A stretch of 64,000 bases of DNA from Comamonadaceae bacterium (GTDB taxonomy: Bacteria; Pseudomonadota; Gammaproteobacteria; Burkholderiales; Burkholderiaceae_C): positions 3,630-67,629 of the forward strand of contig CANJPU010000009.1 of the NCBI GenBank assembly GCA_947476285.1, written 5' to 3'. The notes below the pieces were generated by a model. It had not been told where the DNA came from and did no database searches. It worked only from the letters and a program-made list of their open reading frames with translations. The position numbers and the translations under genes were made by a program. This document shows positions 19,177 to 30,981 of this stretch, piece by piece (the stretch's first letter is position 1; each line of letters starts with the position of its first letter).

Positions 19177-21174
19177 TTGAAGCACCGGCCACGCAATGCC
19201 CCTGCGGGCGCCCGTCACTCGGATAGCGCGCTGGCTGCACAGGCCGCGCAGGCCCGGGACCGCTTCAAGCAGGCCTTTGAACTGCACAAGCACGGGCAGA
19301 TTCCCCAGGCAGAAGCCCTCTACCATCAGGTGCTTCGCCTGTGGCCAGGCCACCCGGAAGCCTTGCATTTGCTGGGCATGATCGCCTTGCAGAAGGGCCA
19401 GACCGAGCAGGCGCTTGAGTGGGTGAACAAGTCACTCCTCGCGCGCCCCGACGATGCCCCCACCCTCAACACTCAGGCCGTCGCCTTGAACGACTTGAAT
19501 CGCCATGCGCAGGCCCTGGGCGCATGCGACCACGCCTTGCGACTGCGCCCGGAGATGGCCGATGTGCATTACAACCGGGGCAATGCACTGATGGGACTGG
19601 AGCGCATGCAGGAGGCTGTGCAGGGATACGCCCAGGCGATTCGGCTTGAGCCCGACTATGCCAAAGCCTACGCCAATGCCGGCCTCGCCTTCGCGGCCTT
19701 GCGCCGGTTTGCGCAGGCCATTGCGGCCTATGACAAGGCAATCGCTCTGGGCGCCAACATCGATTTCCTCTTGGGCAACCGCTTGCAGGCCCGCATGCCA
19801 GTATGCGACTGGACGGGGATAGAGCCAGAAATCGCCGCAATGCTCCAGGCAGTGGACCAGGGACAGGCTGCAGCCACTCCCATGACGGTGCTCGCCTTGA
19901 CGGACAGGGCCGACCTGCATCTCAAGGCTGCGCAAACCTGGGTGGCCCGCAAGCACCCGCCTGCGACTCCTTCCAAAGCGATTGCTCCCAAGCGCAAAGT
20001 CGCAGACCAGGGCAATGGCCGCATCCGAGTCGGATATTTCTCGATGGATTTTCGTAACCACCCGGTGTCATGGCTCACGGCCGGCGTGTTCGAGCACCAT
20101 GATCGCGAGCGCTTTGAAATCTTCGCGTTCTCCTACGGCCCCGCAACTGGCGACGAGATGCACACGCGGCTGCAGTCGGCCTTTGACCGATTCATCGACA
20201 TCCGCCATCTAGGTGATGATGCAGTCGTGCAACTGGTGCAGTCTCTGGGCCTCGACATTGCTGTGGATTTGGCGGGCCTGACCGGCGATGCCCGCACCAG
20301 CCTCTTTGCGCGGCGGCTCGCGCCGGTGCAAGTCAATTACATCGGCTTTCCCGGCACCATGGGCGCACCCTACATGGACTACATAATCGCTGATGAAACG
20401 CTGGTGCCCGCGTCGTCGCGCGGACTGTACAGCGAAAAGATCGCGAGCCTGCCTTGCTTTCAGGCCAATGACCGCATACGCCGCATCTCCGACCGTGTGT
20501 TCAGCCGCGCCGAACTGGGCCTGGCCCACGCCAAGTTCGTCTTCTGCAACTTCAATCGCAGCTACAAGCTTGTGCCCGCCGTCTTCCACTCATGGATGCG
20601 CATCCTGGCGAGCGTGCCAGGCAGCATGCTGCTCCTGCATTCGGACAGCGACACGGCGCAGAACAATCTGCGAGAACATGCTGCCGGGCAGGGCATCGAT
20701 CCGGCGCGTCTGGTGTTTTGCGCCCACCTGCCGGTGGCGGACTACCTGGCTCGATTTCGCGCGGCCGATTTGTTTCTCGACTCGTTTCCGTTCAACGGCG
20801 GCACGACTGTCAGCGATGCGCTGTGGGCCGGTCTGCCCCTGCTGACCTATCCAGGCCAGGCTTTCGCCAGCCGCATGGCAGCCAGTCTGCTTACTGCGAT
20901 AGAACTGCCCGAGCTCATCGCCGCAGACGCAGCGCACTATGAGGCGCGGGCAATCGAATTGGCTTTGGACCCAATGCAACTGGCGGCTTTGCGCGCGAAG
21001 CTCGCACGCAACAGGTTGACGACAAGCCTGTTTGACACCGCTGGGTTTACCCGCCACCTGGAGAAAGCCTATGACCTGATGCACGAGCGCAGTGTTGCAG
21101 GCCAGGCACCGGACCACATCCATGTGAGCCCCACCAGCCCGAGCTCAGACCGCGCCGATATCGGGCACCAATGA
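19177..21174 (+). CDS. TPR-containing GT41 (OGT/SPINDLY-like) glycosyltransferase
   Basis: N-terminal TPRs, [46 protein letters not shown]; TTG start. Confidence 0.88.
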   Translation: MKHRPRNAPAGARHSDSALAAQAAQARDRFKQAFELHKHGQIPQAEALYHQVLRLWPGHPEALHLLGMIALQKGQTEQALEWVNKSLLARPDDAPTLNTQAVALNDLNRHAQALGACDHALRLRPEMADVHYNRGNALMGLERMQEAVQGYAQAIRLEPDYAKAYANAGLAFAALRRFAQAIAAYDKAIALGANIDFLLGNRLQARMPVCDWTGIEPEIAAMLQAVDQGQAAATPMTVLALTDRADLHLKAAQTWVARKHPPATPSKAIAPKRKVADQGNGRIRVGYFSMDFRNHPVSWLTAGVFEHHDRERFEIFAFSYGPATGDEMHTRLQSAFDRFIDIRHLGDDAVVQLVQSLGLDIAVDLAGLTGDARTSLFARRLAPVQVNYIGFPGTMGAPYMDYIIADETLVPASSRGLYSEKIASLPCFQANDRIRRISDRVFSRAELGLAHAKFVFCNFNRSYKLVPAVFHSWMRILASVPGSMLLLHSDSDTAQNNLREHAAGQGIDPARLVFCAHLPVADYLARFRAADLFLDSFPFNGGTTVSDALWAGLPLLTYPGQAFASRMAASLLTAIELPELIAADAAHYEARAIELALDPMQLAALRAKLARNRLTTSLFDTAGFTRHLEKAYDLMHERSVAGQAPDHIHVSPTSPSSDRADIGHQ

Positions 21175-22272
21175 GCCGGCAGAGTGCCCAGTTTTGAGCG
21201 CCGCAGTGAAAGCCAGCATGCGGTCGATGGGCACGCGTGCGCGCAGGCCCAGTGCAGGGTCCACATGCACTTCGTTGGCGCCACTGTCCAGCACCTGTGC
21301 CAGGCCAAGCAAGCCGTTCATCGCCATCCAGGGGCAATGCGCGCAGCTCTTGCAGGTGGCACTGTTGCCGGCGGTAGGCGCCTCGATGAAGACCTTGTCC
21401 GGGTTGAGCGTGCGCAGCTTGTGCATCATGCCGTTGTCGGTGGCCACGATGAACTCTTTGGCGTTCATCTCGTGCGCCGCCTTGAGAATGCCCGAGGTAG
21501 ACCCCACCGCGTCGGCCAGGGCCACGACGTCAGCGGGTGATTCGGGATGCACCAGCACCCGAGCCTGCGGGTATTGCTTCTTGAGCGCTTCGAGCTCGAA
21601 AGCCTTGAACTCGTCGTGCACGATGCACGAGCCGTTCCACAACACCATGTCCGCGCCGGTCTCGCGCTGGATGTAGCTGCCCAGATGCTTGTCAGGTGCC
21701 CACAAAATCTTCTGGCCTTTTTCTTTGAGCGCTCGCACGATGTCCACCGCGCAACTGGAAGTCACCAGCCAGTCGGAGCGGGCCTTCACCGCTGCGCTGG
21801 TGTTGGCATAAACCACCACCGTGCGGTCGGGGTGTTGGTCGCAGAAGGCTGAAAATTCATCGACCGGACAGCCAAGATCCAACGAACAGGTCGCGTCCAG
21901 GTCGGGCATGAGCACCCGTTTTTCCGGCGAAAGTATCTTGGCGGTCTCGCCCATGAAACGAACACCCGATACCACCAAGGTGCGGGCCGGATGGTCGCGC
22001 CCAAAGCGCGCCATCTCCAGCGAATCGCTGACAATGCCGCCGGTTTCTTCGGCCAGGTCCTGCAAGTCGGGGTGCACATAGTAGTGCGAGACCATCACCG
22101 CGTTGCGCTCTTTCAGCAGACGCCGGATGCGATCCTTGAGCACGGCGCGCTCGGCCTGCGAGGGCTCGGGCGGCACGCGAGCCCATGTGTGGCGGGTGTC
22201 GCACGCGGAGGCGGAAATGCTGGCCAGCGGATGCTGATACTCGACATCGCGGATGGGAATCACTGTGCTCAC
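21145..22272 (-). CDS. nadA: Quinolinate synthase A
   Basis: [37 protein letters not shown]. Confidence 0.96.
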   Translation of the reverse strand: MSTVIPIRDVEYQHPLASISASACDTRHTWARVPPEPSQAERAVLKDRIRRLLKERNAVMVSHYYVHPDLQDLAEETGGIVSDSLEMARFGRDHPARTLVVSGVRFMGETAKILSPEKRVLMPDLDATCSLDLGCPVDEFSAFCDQHPDRTVVVYANTSAAVKARSDWLVTSSCAVDIVRALKEKGQKILWAPDKHLGSYIQRETGADMVLWNGSCIVHDEFKAFELEALKKQYPQARVLVHPESPADVVALADAVGSTSGILKAAHEMNAKEFIVATDNGMMHKLRTLNPDKVFIEAPTAGNSATCKSCAHCPWMAMNGLLGLAQVLDSGANEVHVDPALGLRARVPIDRMLAFTAALKTGHSAGSLVPDIGAV

Positions 22273-23159
22273 GGCCGCACCCCTGAGCCTACAGTTGCCA
22301 CAGTTTCCATGCGCATCGAAAAATCCGTCGCCTTCACGTCCTTGGTCAAGGCGCCTATGGAGATGCGATCGACGCCGGTTTCCGCCAGAGCGCGCACGCT
22401 ATCGAGCGTCACGCCGCCCGAAATTTCCAGGATGGCGCGGCCTTCATTGATGCGCACTGCTTCGCGCAAGGTCGGCAAGTCCATGTTGTCCAAGAGGATC
22501 ATTGTGGCGCCGTTGTCCAGCGATTCCTTGAGCTGGGCCAAGGTTTCCACCTCGATCTCAACGAAAGCGGCCTTTGGCGCGACGCGGGCCACCGCCTGGA
22601 GCACCTGGGCCACGCCACCGGCAGCCGCGATGTGGTTCTCCTTGATCAGGACCGCGTCGTACAGACCAATGCGGTGATTGGTACCGCCGCCGCAGCGTAC
22701 CGCGTACTTTTGCGCCAGCCGCAAACCGGGCAAGGTTTTGCGCGTGTCGACGATTTTCGCGCGGGTACCACGCACAGCCTCAACATAGACGGCGGTGCGG
22801 CTGGCCACGGCGCTCAGAAGCTGAAGGAAATTGAGCGCGGTGCGCTCAGCGGTGAGCAGCCCGCAGGCTGAGCCTTCCACTTCGAGAACAACCTGGTTGG
22901 CCATGCAGCGCGCGCCTTCAGCGACCAGCCACCGAACACGGGCCTGCGGATCCACCTGCATAAACGCGGCCTGCACCCAGGGCGCACCGCAGATGACTGC
23001 GTCTTCACGCACCAGCACCCGGGCCTTGGCGCGGCGGTTCGGATCAACCAGTCCGGCCGTGAGGTCGCCAGACCCCACATCTTCGGCCAACGCGCGCATG
23101 ACGTCGCGGCTCGCCAGTTGAGCCAGCGCCTGATCAGAAAAATCGAAAGTCGGAAGCAT
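22269..23159 (-). CDS. nadC: Quinolinate phosphoribosyltransferase
   Basis: [39 protein letters not shown]. Confidence 0.97.
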   Translation of the reverse strand: MLPTFDFSDQALAQLASRDVMRALAEDVGSGDLTAGLVDPNRRAKARVLVREDAVICGAPWVQAAFMQVDPQARVRWLVAEGARCMANQVVLEVEGSACGLLTAERTALNFLQLLSAVASRTAVYVEAVRGTRAKIVDTRKTLPGLRLAQKYAVRCGGGTNHRIGLYDAVLIKENHIAAAGGVAQVLQAVARVAPKAAFVEIEVETLAQLKESLDNGATMILLDNMDLPTLREAVRINEGRAILEISGGVTLDSVRALAETGVDRISIGALTKDVKATDFSMRMETVATVGSGVRP

Positions 23160-23214
23160 GTGCCAAGCATAGCGCCATCGGCGAAGGCCGGTCGGCCCGC
23201 CCGATGCCGGCCCC

Positions 23215-23586
23215 TTGCGGGAAATGGAATCGATTTATCGCCATACTTGGCACATGACCAAGCCCTCTGCCCAGACTGAACCCGCACGCGCCGAGGTGGA
23301 TGCGCTGCCCGGCGCCACACTGCTTGAATTCGGAACATCCTGGTGTGGCCACTGCATTGCCGCGCAGCCGTTGATTGCTGAGGCTTTGAAGTCGCATCCT
23401 GGGCTGCGGCATATCAAGGTCGAGGACGGCAGCGGACGTCCGCTGGGGCGCTCCTATCGCGTCAAGCTGTGGCCGACACTCATATTTTTGCGAGACGGGC
23501 AGGAGCAGGAGCGTCTCGTTCGACCAAGCGATGCCAATCTGCTGGGTCAGGCGTTGCGAAAGATCGACCCTACCAACCCGCTCTGA
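23215..23586 (+). CDS. Thioredoxin-family protein
   Basis: WCGHC, cis-Pro motif WPTL; true start may be downstream (MTKPS). Confidence 0.85.
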   Translation: MREMESIYRHTWHMTKPSAQTEPARAEVDALPGATLLEFGTSWCGHCIAAQPLIAEALKSHPGLRHIKVEDGSGRPLGRSYRVKLWPTLIFLRDGQEQERLVRPSDANLLGQALRKIDPTNPL

Positions 23587-23601
23587 AGCACACAGCGCCA
23601 C

Positions 23602-24606
23602 TTAACCCGCTTCGTGCCGGGCCTGCCGCTCCATCAAAACAGCAACAGCCTGCGCCGGAGTGCACAGCCCATCCAGCAGCGACACCACGCAGGACGCAAT
23701 GGGCATCTCCAACCCAAGCTCCTGGGCCCGCCCGAGCACGGTGCGTGCGCTGTATACGCCCTCGGCCACATGACCAAGCGACTGCACTGCCTGCTCCAGA
23801 GTCTGCCCCTGGGCCAGCAGGATGCCGACCTGGCGGTTGCGACTCAAGTCGCCGGTGGCGGTGAGGACCAGATCACCCAAGCCCGACAAACCCATGAAGG
23901 TTTCGGCGCGTGCGCCCAGCGCCACACCCAGACGGGTCATCTCAGCCAGGCCACGGGTAATCAGCGCGGCGCGTGCGTTAAGCCCTAGCTGCAGGCCATC
24001 GCAAAGGCCGGTGGCGATCGCCAGCACGTTCTTGACCGCGCCACCGATTTCGACACCGGGTATGTCGTCGCTGGCGTAGACCCGCAGGCTGGCGCTGTGA
24101 AATGCGGACACCAGGACGTCGCGCACAGGGCTCTGTGCGCTTGCGGCCACCAGCGCGGTCGGTTGACCGCGGGCGACTTCCTGGGCAAAGCTCGGGCCAC
24201 TGAGCACGCCAGCCTGCAAATCGGGGGCAAGCTGCGCCATGATTTCATGACCCATCAGCCCGTGAGCGCCGTCAATCGGCGCTTCAAAACCCTTGCAAAG
24301 CCAGGCCACCGGGCCGCGATGCCCGCGCAGGAGCAAGAGCATCTGGCGCAAGCCAGCCATCGGCGTGGCGATGATGGTGAGGTCGCTCGCGGCTGCAAGA
24401 TCCGGGATGTCCTGCACCGGGTCGCTGCAAATGGCCAAGCTTGCCGGCAAAGGAATGCCGGGCAGATAGCGTTTGTTCTCGCGCTGCGCGGCCAAAGCCT
24501 GAACCTGGGACGCATCGCGCGCCCACAGGCTGACCGAATGCCGGGCGGCCGCGGAAACGGCAAGCGCCGTACCCCAAGCGCCGGCTGCGAACACCGCAAT
24601 TTTCAT
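23602..24606 (-). CDS. gpsA: NAD(P)H-dependent glycerol-3-phosphate dehydrogenase
   Basis: [40 protein letters not shown]. Confidence 0.96.
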   Translation of the reverse strand: MKIAVFAAGAWGTALAVSAAARHSVSLWARDASQVQALAAQRENKRYLPGIPLPASLAICSDPVQDIPDLAAASDLTIIATPMAGLRQMLLLLRGHRGPVAWLCKGFEAPIDGAHGLMGHEIMAQLAPDLQAGVLSGPSFAQEVARGQPTALVAASAQSPVRDVLVSAFHSASLRVYASDDIPGVEIGGAVKNVLAIATGLCDGLQLGLNARAALITRGLAEMTRLGVALGARAETFMGLSGLGDLVLTATGDLSRNRQVGILLAQGQTLEQAVQSLGHVAEGVYSARTVLGRAQELGLEMPIASCVVSLLDGLCTPAQAVAVLMERQARHEAG

Positions 24607-24628
24607 GGCGATGCAGCGCCGCTGGGCT

Positions 24629-25108
24629 TCAAGCGGTGGTGATGATGCGCGACGGCTCGGCCTCAGCTTGAGCTTGCGCCGCCTGTTTCTGCTGCTGTTC
24701 GAACATGGCCTGGAAGTTGATTTCGGCCAGATGGACTGGCGGGAATCCGGCACGGGTCACGATGTCCGACACATTGCTGCGCAGATACGGGTAGACGATT
24801 TGCGGACAGGCGATGCCCATGATGGGGGCCATCTGGTCTTCGGGGATGTTTCGAATCTCGAAAATGCCGGCCTGCTTGACCTCCACCAGAAAGACAGTTT
24901 TGTCCTCAATCTTGGTGGTGACGGTGGCCGTGATGCACACCTCGTACACACCTTCGGATGCCTGACCGGCCTCAACGCCAAGCTGAATGTCCACCGAGGG
25001 CTGCTGCTGTTCAAGCAGGATGGCCGGTGAATTGGGCTGTTCGAGCGAGGCCTCCTTGAGGTAGACGCGCTGAATCTGGAATACGGGTTCGGTTTGCTGG
25101 TCAGCCAT
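24629..25108 (-). CDS. secB: Protein export chaperone SecB
   Basis: [31 protein letters not shown]. Confidence 0.97.
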   Translation of the reverse strand: MADQQTEPVFQIQRVYLKEASLEQPNSPAILLEQQQPSVDIQLGVEAGQASEGVYEVCITATVTTKIEDKTVFLVEVKQAGIFEIRNIPEDQMAPIMGIACPQIVYPYLRSNVSDIVTRAGFPPVHLAEINFQAMFEQQQKQAAQAQAEAEPSRIITTA

Positions 25109-25214
25109 GGTTTTCTTTCAATCAATGCAAAAGCCCGCGCGCCGTCGGCGCAGCGGGCCGGATAAAGGTCAGGCGGGGATTATCCCGGAATCCTGGAGGA
25201 GGTCGTTCGATCGG

Positions 25215-25481
25215 TCAGGCCGCCGTGCCTCGCAGCAAGGCGTCGAGCCCGCCCTTGCGGTCCAGAGCCATCAGGTCGTCACAGCCTCCGACGTGGGTTT
25301 GGCCAATGAAAATTTGCGGTACCGTGCGCCGGCCGGTGACGTGCATCATCTCGATGCGCTCCTGCGGATGAATGTCGACGCGGATCTCATCGATTTCCTC
25401 GACGCCCTTGGCCTGCAGTATCCGCTTGGCGCGTACGCAATAGGGACAAAACTCAGTGGTGTACATCTTGACGGGCTGCAT
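25215..25481 (-). CDS. grxC: Glutaredoxin 3
   Basis: [16 protein letters not shown]; rhodanese-grxC-secB-gpsA order. Confidence 0.95.
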   Translation of the reverse strand: MQPVKMYTTEFCPYCVRAKRILQAKGVEEIDEIRVDIHPQERIEMMHVTGRRTVPQIFIGQTHVGGCDDLMALDRKGGLDALLRGTAA

Positions 25482-25505
25482 GGATCTCTGGGTGGCCTTT
25501 CACGC

Positions 25506-25910
25506 CTAGCTTTTCTCAAGCGGGAGATTAGCGTCTTTCCAGGATTTCAGCCCGCCGGCCAGAACTTGAGCCTTCTCGTAGCCCAGTTTCTTGGCCATCG
25601 GCAGGGCGCGGCCAGCGCGCGCCCCTGTGGAGCACACCAGTATCAGGGGCACAGTTTTGTTCTTCACCACCTCGGGCAGGCGCTGCTCCAGTTGCCCCAC
25701 TGGCACGTTGCGCGCTCCACCCACATGTGCTTGGGCGAACTCCTCGGCCTCGCACACATCCACTACCACTGCCTTTTCCCGGTTGATCAGTTGCACCGCC
25801 CCAGCGGCCGTCAGTCCGCCGCCAGCGCCTTGCACCGCCGGCCACATCAGCAGCGCGCCAGAGACAAATGCCACCGAAATGAGCATCCAGTTGTCGATAA
25901 GAAATTTCAC
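25506..25910 (-). CDS. Membrane-anchored rhodanese-domain protein (YibN-like)
   Basis: N-terminal [22 protein letters not shown]. Confidence 0.9.
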   Translation of the reverse strand: MKFLIDNWMLISVAFVSGALLMWPAVQGAGGGLTAAGAVQLINREKAVVVDVCEAEEFAQAHVGGARNVPVGQLEQRLPEVVKNKTVPLILVCSTGARAGRALPMAKKLGYEKAQVLAGGLKSWKDANLPLEKS

Positions 25911-25991
25911 AGCTTTCCTTGTATTCAGGGTCGTTCAACCCGTGATTCTAAAATGTCGGGTTTCGCACTGTATTCCCTTCGGGCCCTCGTC

Positions 25992-26735
25992 ATGCACAAA
26001 CTCGTTTTGATCCGCCACGGCGAATCGACCTGGAATCTTGAAAACCGCTTCACCGGCTGGACCGATGTGGACCTCACGCCTACCGGCGTTGAGCAGGCCA
26101 AGGCCTCTGGCCGTCTGCTTTTGCAAGAGGGCTACGACTTCGACCTGTGCTACACCAGCGTGCTCAAGCGCGCCACCCGTACCCTTTGGCACTGCCTGGA
26201 CGAGTTGGACCGCACCTGGCTGCCTGTGGCGCATTCCTGGCGCCTCAACGAGCGCCATTACGGGGCGCTGCAAGGCCTGAACAAGGCGGAAACCGCCCGC
26301 AAGTTCGGCGACGAGCAGGTTCTCATCTGGCGCCGCAGCTACGACGTGCCGCCACCGGTACTGGAGCCGACCGACCCCCGCTGCGAGCGCGCCGACCGCC
26401 GCTACGCCGACATGGGCCCTGACGCAGTTCCACTGACCGAATGCCTCAAGGACACAGTGGCGCGGGTATTGCCCTACTGGAGCCAGCATATGGCCCCTGC
26501 CATCAAAGCGGGCAAGCGGGTGCTGGTGGCCGCCCACGGCAATTCGATGCGGGCGCTGGTGAAGTACCTGGACGGAATTTCCGACGATGACATCGTCAGC
26601 CTGAACATTCCCAACGGCATCCCGCTGGTGTACGAGCTGGACGAAAACCTCAAACCCCTTCGGCACTACTACCTGGGCGATGCCCAGGCTGCGGCGGCTG
26701 CGGCCGCAGCCGTCGCCAGCCAGGGCAAGGCCTGA
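25992..26735 (+). CDS. gpmA: 2,3-BPG-dependent phosphoglycerate mutase
   Basis: [17 protein letters not shown]. Confidence 0.98.
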   Translation: MHKLVLIRHGESTWNLENRFTGWTDVDLTPTGVEQAKASGRLLLQEGYDFDLCYTSVLKRATRTLWHCLDELDRTWLPVAHSWRLNERHYGALQGLNKAETARKFGDEQVLIWRRSYDVPPPVLEPTDPRCERADRRYADMGPDAVPLTECLKDTVARVLPYWSQHMAPAIKAGKRVLVAAHGNSMRALVKYLDGISDDDIVSLNIPNGIPLVYELDENLKPLRHYYLGDAQAAAAAAAAVASQGKA

Positions 26736-26884
26736 ACGAGCGCTGCCTGCAGGTAAAGCGCAGGCAAAGCGTGGGGATTTTGCATCCAGGCGCAGCGCGT
26801 GGGGAACCCATCACGCTACTCTTGCGTCATATGCTCAGTGCGGGTGTATATTTTCACCATTGACGAGAACTGGATGCGTTCGAC

Positions 26885-28321
26885 ATGAGCCACAAACTAA
26901 AGATAGCCGGCTGGATTTCCGTGGGCGCCCTGGCCGGTGCGCTAACGACCGTATCCTTGCAAACGGTGGCCCGCGGCTCGCTCGCGCCGCTGCCACTGGA
27001 AGAATTGCAGCAGCTTGCAGCGGTTTTTGGCATGGTCAAGAGCGACTATGTCGAGCCGGTGGACGAGAAAAAGCTGATCAGCGATGCGATTTCCGGCATG
27101 GTGGCCAGCCTGGATCCGCATTCTCAGTACTTCGACAAGAAGTCCTTCAAAGACTTCCGCGAAGGTACATCCGGCCGATTTGTCGGTGTGGGCATCGAAA
27201 TCTCCCAGGAAGACGGCCTCATCAAAGTGGTCTCTCCCATTGAAGGTTCCCCCGCCTACCGCGCCGGACTCAAGCCCAATGACCTGATCACCAAGATCGA
27301 CGACACCTTGGTCAAGGGCCTGTCGCTGAGCGAAGCGGTCAAACGCATCAAGGGCGAGGCCAACACCAAGGTGATGTTGACCGTCTTTCGCAAGGACGAG
27401 AACCGCAGCTTCCCCGTGACCATCACCCGCGAAGAGATCCGCACGCAGTCCGTTCGCGGCAAGGTCATGGAGCCCGGTTACGGCTGGATACGCCTCACAC
27501 AATTCCAGGAGCGCACGGTCGACGACTTCGTGCGCAAGGTCGACGAAATCTACAAAGCCGAACCCAACCTCAGGGGTTTGGTGCTGGACCTTCGCAATGA
27601 CCCGGGTGGCCTGCTCGACGCCGCAGTGGCCATCTCCGCCGCCTTCCTGCCGGAAAACGTGACAGTGGTGTCCACCAACGGCCAGCTTGCGGAAAGCAAG
27701 TTCGTCTACAAGGCATCGCCTGAGTTTTATCAACGCCGCGGCTCTGATCCCCTGCGCCGCCTGCCCGCAGCCATCAAGACCGTGCCACTGGTGGTGCTGG
27801 TCAACGAAGGCTCGGCCTCGGCCAGCGAAATCGTCGCAGGCGCCCTGCAGGACCACAAGCGCGCCACCATTCTGGGCAGCCAGACTTTCGGCAAGGGTTC
27901 GGTGCAAACGGTACGCCCGCTCGGCCCCGACACCGGCCTCAAGCTCACAACCGCACGTTATTTCACACCCAGCGGTAAGTCCATCCAGGCCCGTGGCATC
28001 GTCCCTGACATCATGGTCGACGAGAGCGAAGAGGGCAATGTATTCGCCGCGCTTCGTACCCGCGAAGCCGATCTGGACAAGCACCTGACCAGCGGCCAGG
28101 GCACCGAGGTCAAGGACCCGGCTCGCGAGAAACAACGCGAGGCAGCCCGCAAGAGGGCCGAGGAAGAGTCCAGAAAGCCCGCCAGCGAGCGCAAGTTGCC
28201 AGAGATTGGCACCGACAAGGACTTCCAGCTCACCCAGGCCCTGAACCAGCTCAAGGGGCGCCCGGTGCTGGTAAGCAAGACCCAGGTGGTCGAGAACAAG
28301 GAAGAAAAGAAGGAAAACTAA
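26885..28321 (+). CDS. ctpA: S41 carboxy-terminal processing protease
   Basis: PDZ GVGIEI, DLRNDPGG, SASASEIV, FGKGSVQ. Confidence 0.93.
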   Translation: MSHKLKIAGWISVGALAGALTTVSLQTVARGSLAPLPLEELQQLAAVFGMVKSDYVEPVDEKKLISDAISGMVASLDPHSQYFDKKSFKDFREGTSGRFVGVGIEISQEDGLIKVVSPIEGSPAYRAGLKPNDLITKIDDTLVKGLSLSEAVKRIKGEANTKVMLTVFRKDENRSFPVTITREEIRTQSVRGKVMEPGYGWIRLTQFQERTVDDFVRKVDEIYKAEPNLRGLVLDLRNDPGGLLDAAVAISAAFLPENVTVVSTNGQLAESKFVYKASPEFYQRRGSDPLRRLPAAIKTVPLVVLVNEGSASASEIVAGALQDHKRATILGSQTFGKGSVQTVRPLGPDTGLKLTTARYFTPSGKSIQARGIVPDIMVDESEEGNVFAALRTREADLDKHLTSGQGTEVKDPAREKQREAARKRAEEESRKPASERKLPEIGTDKDFQLTQALNQLKGRPVLVSKTQVVENKEEKKEN

Positions 28322-28386
28322 TTCATGAAGGCTGGCACGTGCGCCGGCACGTGCGCCGGCCCTTCCTTCGGCGCCGCCACGCCCTC

Positions 28387-29139
28387 ATGACCGACGAGCA
28401 ACTCCTGCGCTATTCACGCCACATCCTTCTGGATGAGCTGGGCGTAGAAGGACAAGAACGGCTGATGCGCTCCCATGCGCTGGTCATTGGCGCTGGCGGG
28501 CTGGGTTCGCCGGTGGCTCTGTATCTGGGCACCGCCGGCGTAGGCCGCATCACACTGGTGGATCACGACACGGTCGATCTGACCAACCTGGCGCGCCAAA
28601 TCGCTCACAGGCTGTCCAGCGTGGGCACTGCCAAGGTCGAATCAGCCCGTCTGGCCATCGCCGCCATCAACCCTGATCCGCAGGTGCAGGCGATCAACGC
28701 CCGGGCCGAGGGCGCCATGCTCGAAGAACTGGTGAGCCAGGCCGATGTGGTCATCGACTGCAGCGACAACTTCAGCACCCGTCAGGCCATCAACGCCAGT
28801 TGCGTGCGCCAACACAAGCCACTGGTCTCAGGCGCGGCCATTCGCTTTGACGGACAAATCTCTGTCTACGACATGCGAAGCGACACGTCACCCTGCTATG
28901 CCTGCGTGTTCCCGCCCGCGAACGACTTCGAGGAGACCCGCTGCGCCACCATGGGCGTGTTTTCCCCCCTGGTGGGGATCATCGGCAGCATGCAGGCCAG
29001 CGAAGCACTCAAGCTGCTGGCCGGCGTGGGTAGCTCACTGGCGGGCCGCCTGCAGATGCTTGATGGGCGGGCCATGGAATGGACCGAGGTGCGTATTGCG
29101 CGCAACGCCGACTGCCCGGTGTGTGCTCAGCACCGGTGA
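28387..29139 (+). CDS. moeB: MoeB/ThiF-family adenylyltransferase
   Basis: RYSRH, GAGGLG, NLARQ, CYAC, CPVC. Confidence 0.85.
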   Translation: MTDEQLLRYSRHILLDELGVEGQERLMRSHALVIGAGGLGSPVALYLGTAGVGRITLVDHDTVDLTNLARQIAHRLSSVGTAKVESARLAIAAINPDPQVQAINARAEGAMLEELVSQADVVIDCSDNFSTRQAINASCVRQHKPLVSGAAIRFDGQISVYDMRSDTSPCYACVFPPANDFEETRCATMGVFSPLVGIIGSMQASEALKLLAGVGSSLAGRLQMLDGRAMEWTEVRIARNADCPVCAQHR

Positions 29140-29205
29140 TGCTGCGGCAAGTCATGGCTTCAGCAACCCAACCCAGGCCCGCCACGATTCACCAAAAAAA
29201 GCCGG

Positions 29206-30036
29206 TCAAGGCTTGACGAACTTCAAAACGAACTCGTCCTTGGGCATGGGCGGCTCGGGCGTGTTGCGGTTGCGTGGGTCGGCTGGGTTACGCAGGAAGT
29301 TGCCCGTGGCAACAAACCTGAAGCCCGCAGCTTCGACCTCACGGCGCACGAAGGCTTCCTCCACCCGGTGCAGTGTGCCAGCCTCCGAAATGCCGGTGCC
29401 GTCGCGTCCCGCGTGGTCTGCAATCACATAGTGGCCTCCGGGCTTGAGGGCCTGAAACAAGGCACGATTGAGGCTCGCCCTGTCCACACCCATGTGTCCG
29501 AAGTCATGGTAATTGAACATCAGCGTGACCAGATCCAGACCACCGCTCGCGACCTCTGGCGGCGCCGGGTCTTCGAAGCGTCGCATGACGGGAACGATGT
29601 GGCTGGTGGCCGGCTTTTGCGCGCGCTCGGCAAGCGTGGGCGCGACCGGCGGCGCACCGGGTGGGCGCGGCGCTGCCGCGCCTTCAGCTTGCGCGGGGGG
29701 CGTGCTGCCGGGATTTCTAGGGGCGTTCTGCGCGTAGACCTTGCCGGTCGAGCCCACGGCCCTGGCAATCAGCTCCGAGGTGTAGCCGCGTGCCGCACTA
29801 ACGTCCAGCGCCACCATGCCCGGTCGCACCTCGATGAAGGCCAGCATCTGGGCGGGCTTGCGCCGTTGGTCATTGATGCGATCGGCCGCACTGCGATCGG
29901 GGCTGGCCACGATGGCTTCAATGCGATCGGCAGACAGCGGTGGGGTGCTGGCGCAGCCCAGCAGCACAGAGGCGCCGGCAGCTGCGGCAAGCAGGCGCAG
30001 GACGCGCAGGGCAAGAGACGAACCTGAACATTGCAT
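29206..30036 (-). CDS. Predicted class I SAM-dependent methyltransferase, lipoprotein (COG4798-like)
   Basis: LLGC lipobox, RRKPAQML, NYHD, LKPGG..DHAG, LRNPAD. Confidence 0.78.
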   Translation of the reverse strand: MQCSGSSLALRVLRLLAAAAGASVLLGCASTPPLSADRIEAIVASPDRSAADRINDQRRKPAQMLAFIEVRPGMVALDVSAARGYTSELIARAVGSTGKVYAQNAPRNPGSTPPAQAEGAAAPRPPGAPPVAPTLAERAQKPATSHIVPVMRRFEDPAPPEVASGGLDLVTLMFNYHDFGHMGVDRASLNRALFQALKPGGHYVIADHAGRDGTGISEAGTLHRVEEAFVRREVEAAGFRFVATGNFLRNPADPRNRNTPEPPMPKDEFVLKFVKP

Positions 30037-30087
30037 GGTGAGCCTTCGATGCGCCGTGGCGGCGAAGGCCCAATGATACGGGGGCTC

Positions 30088-30981
30088 TCAGGGATTTGCT
30101 TGCGTCACCAGCTCCATCACCGCATCCGCGAACAGCTGCGGCGCCTCCTGGGGCATGTTGTGCCCGACGCCCGGCACGATGCGGTGTGAGCGTGGGCCGG
30201 TGAAACGGTGCGCCTGGGCAGTGGCGAAGGCGGCTGGGCGCACGCCGTCGTCGGTGCCGTCAAGGGTGATGGCTGGCACGCTGATCGCGGGCTGGGCGGC
30301 CAGACGGCGCTCAATGTCAGCATAGGCCGGATCGGCATCAGCCAAGGCAAAGCGATGTCGATAGGACTGAATCACGACGTCAACGAAATCGGGGTTGTCG
30401 AAGGCGTCTGCGCTGCGCTGGAAGGTCTCGTCATCAAACACCCAGGTGGGTGACCACAGCTCCCACAAGAGCCGGGTGAAGCCCCGCCGGTCACGTGCCA
30501 AGCCCGCACGGCCGCGCTCGCTGTGGAAATAGTACTGGTACCAGAAGCGGTGCTCTTGCTCGGGTGTGTCTGGCAGCAAGCTGGTGGCGATGTTCTGAAT
30601 GTTGTAGCTGTTGACTGACACCAGCCCGGCGCAACGCTGCGGCCACAGCGCCGCCACCACGCAAGCAGCGCGACCGCCCCAGTCGTAGCCCGCCAGCACC
30701 GCGCGCGGGATGACCAGTGCGTCCATCAGCGCCAAAAGATCTGCACCCAGTGCGGCTTGCTCGCCTGAGCGCGGCGTGGCCTCACTCAGAAAACGCGTGG
30801 GGCCGTAGCCGCGCAGATAGGGAACGATGACGCGGCAACCCGCGGCAGCCAATATGGGTGCGACCTCGCCATAGCTGTGCACATCATAGGGAAAGCCATG
30901 CATCAGAAAAACCGGCGCGCCATCGGGGGGGCCCGATTCCAGGTACGCGACCTTGAGTACGCCGGCCTGGATGTGCTTCAT
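30088..30981 (-). CDS. Alpha/beta hydrolase (epoxide hydrolase-like)
   Basis: HGFP, GYDWG nucleophile elbow, GHNMPQE; ATGA overlap with OMF stop. Confidence 0.88.
   Translation of the reverse strand: MKHIQAGVLKVAYLESGPPDGAPVFLMHGFPYDVHSYGEVAPILAAAGCRVIVPYLRGYGPTRFLSEATPRSGEQAALGADLLALMDALVIPRAVLAGYDWGGRAACVVAALWPQRCAGLVSVNSYNIQNIATSLLPDTPEQEHRFWYQYYFHSERGRAGLARDRRGFTRLLWELWSPTWVFDDETFQRSADAFDNPDFVDVVIQSYRHRFALADADPAYADIERRLAAQPAISVPAITLDGTDDGVRPAAFATAQAHRFTGPRSHRIVPGVGHNMPQEAPQLFADAVMELVTQANP

Noticed and set aside
28334-28360. 12-bp tandem duplication GGCACGTGCGCC after ctpA
   Set aside because: Real but only two copies inside a probable terminator hairpin; likely slippage
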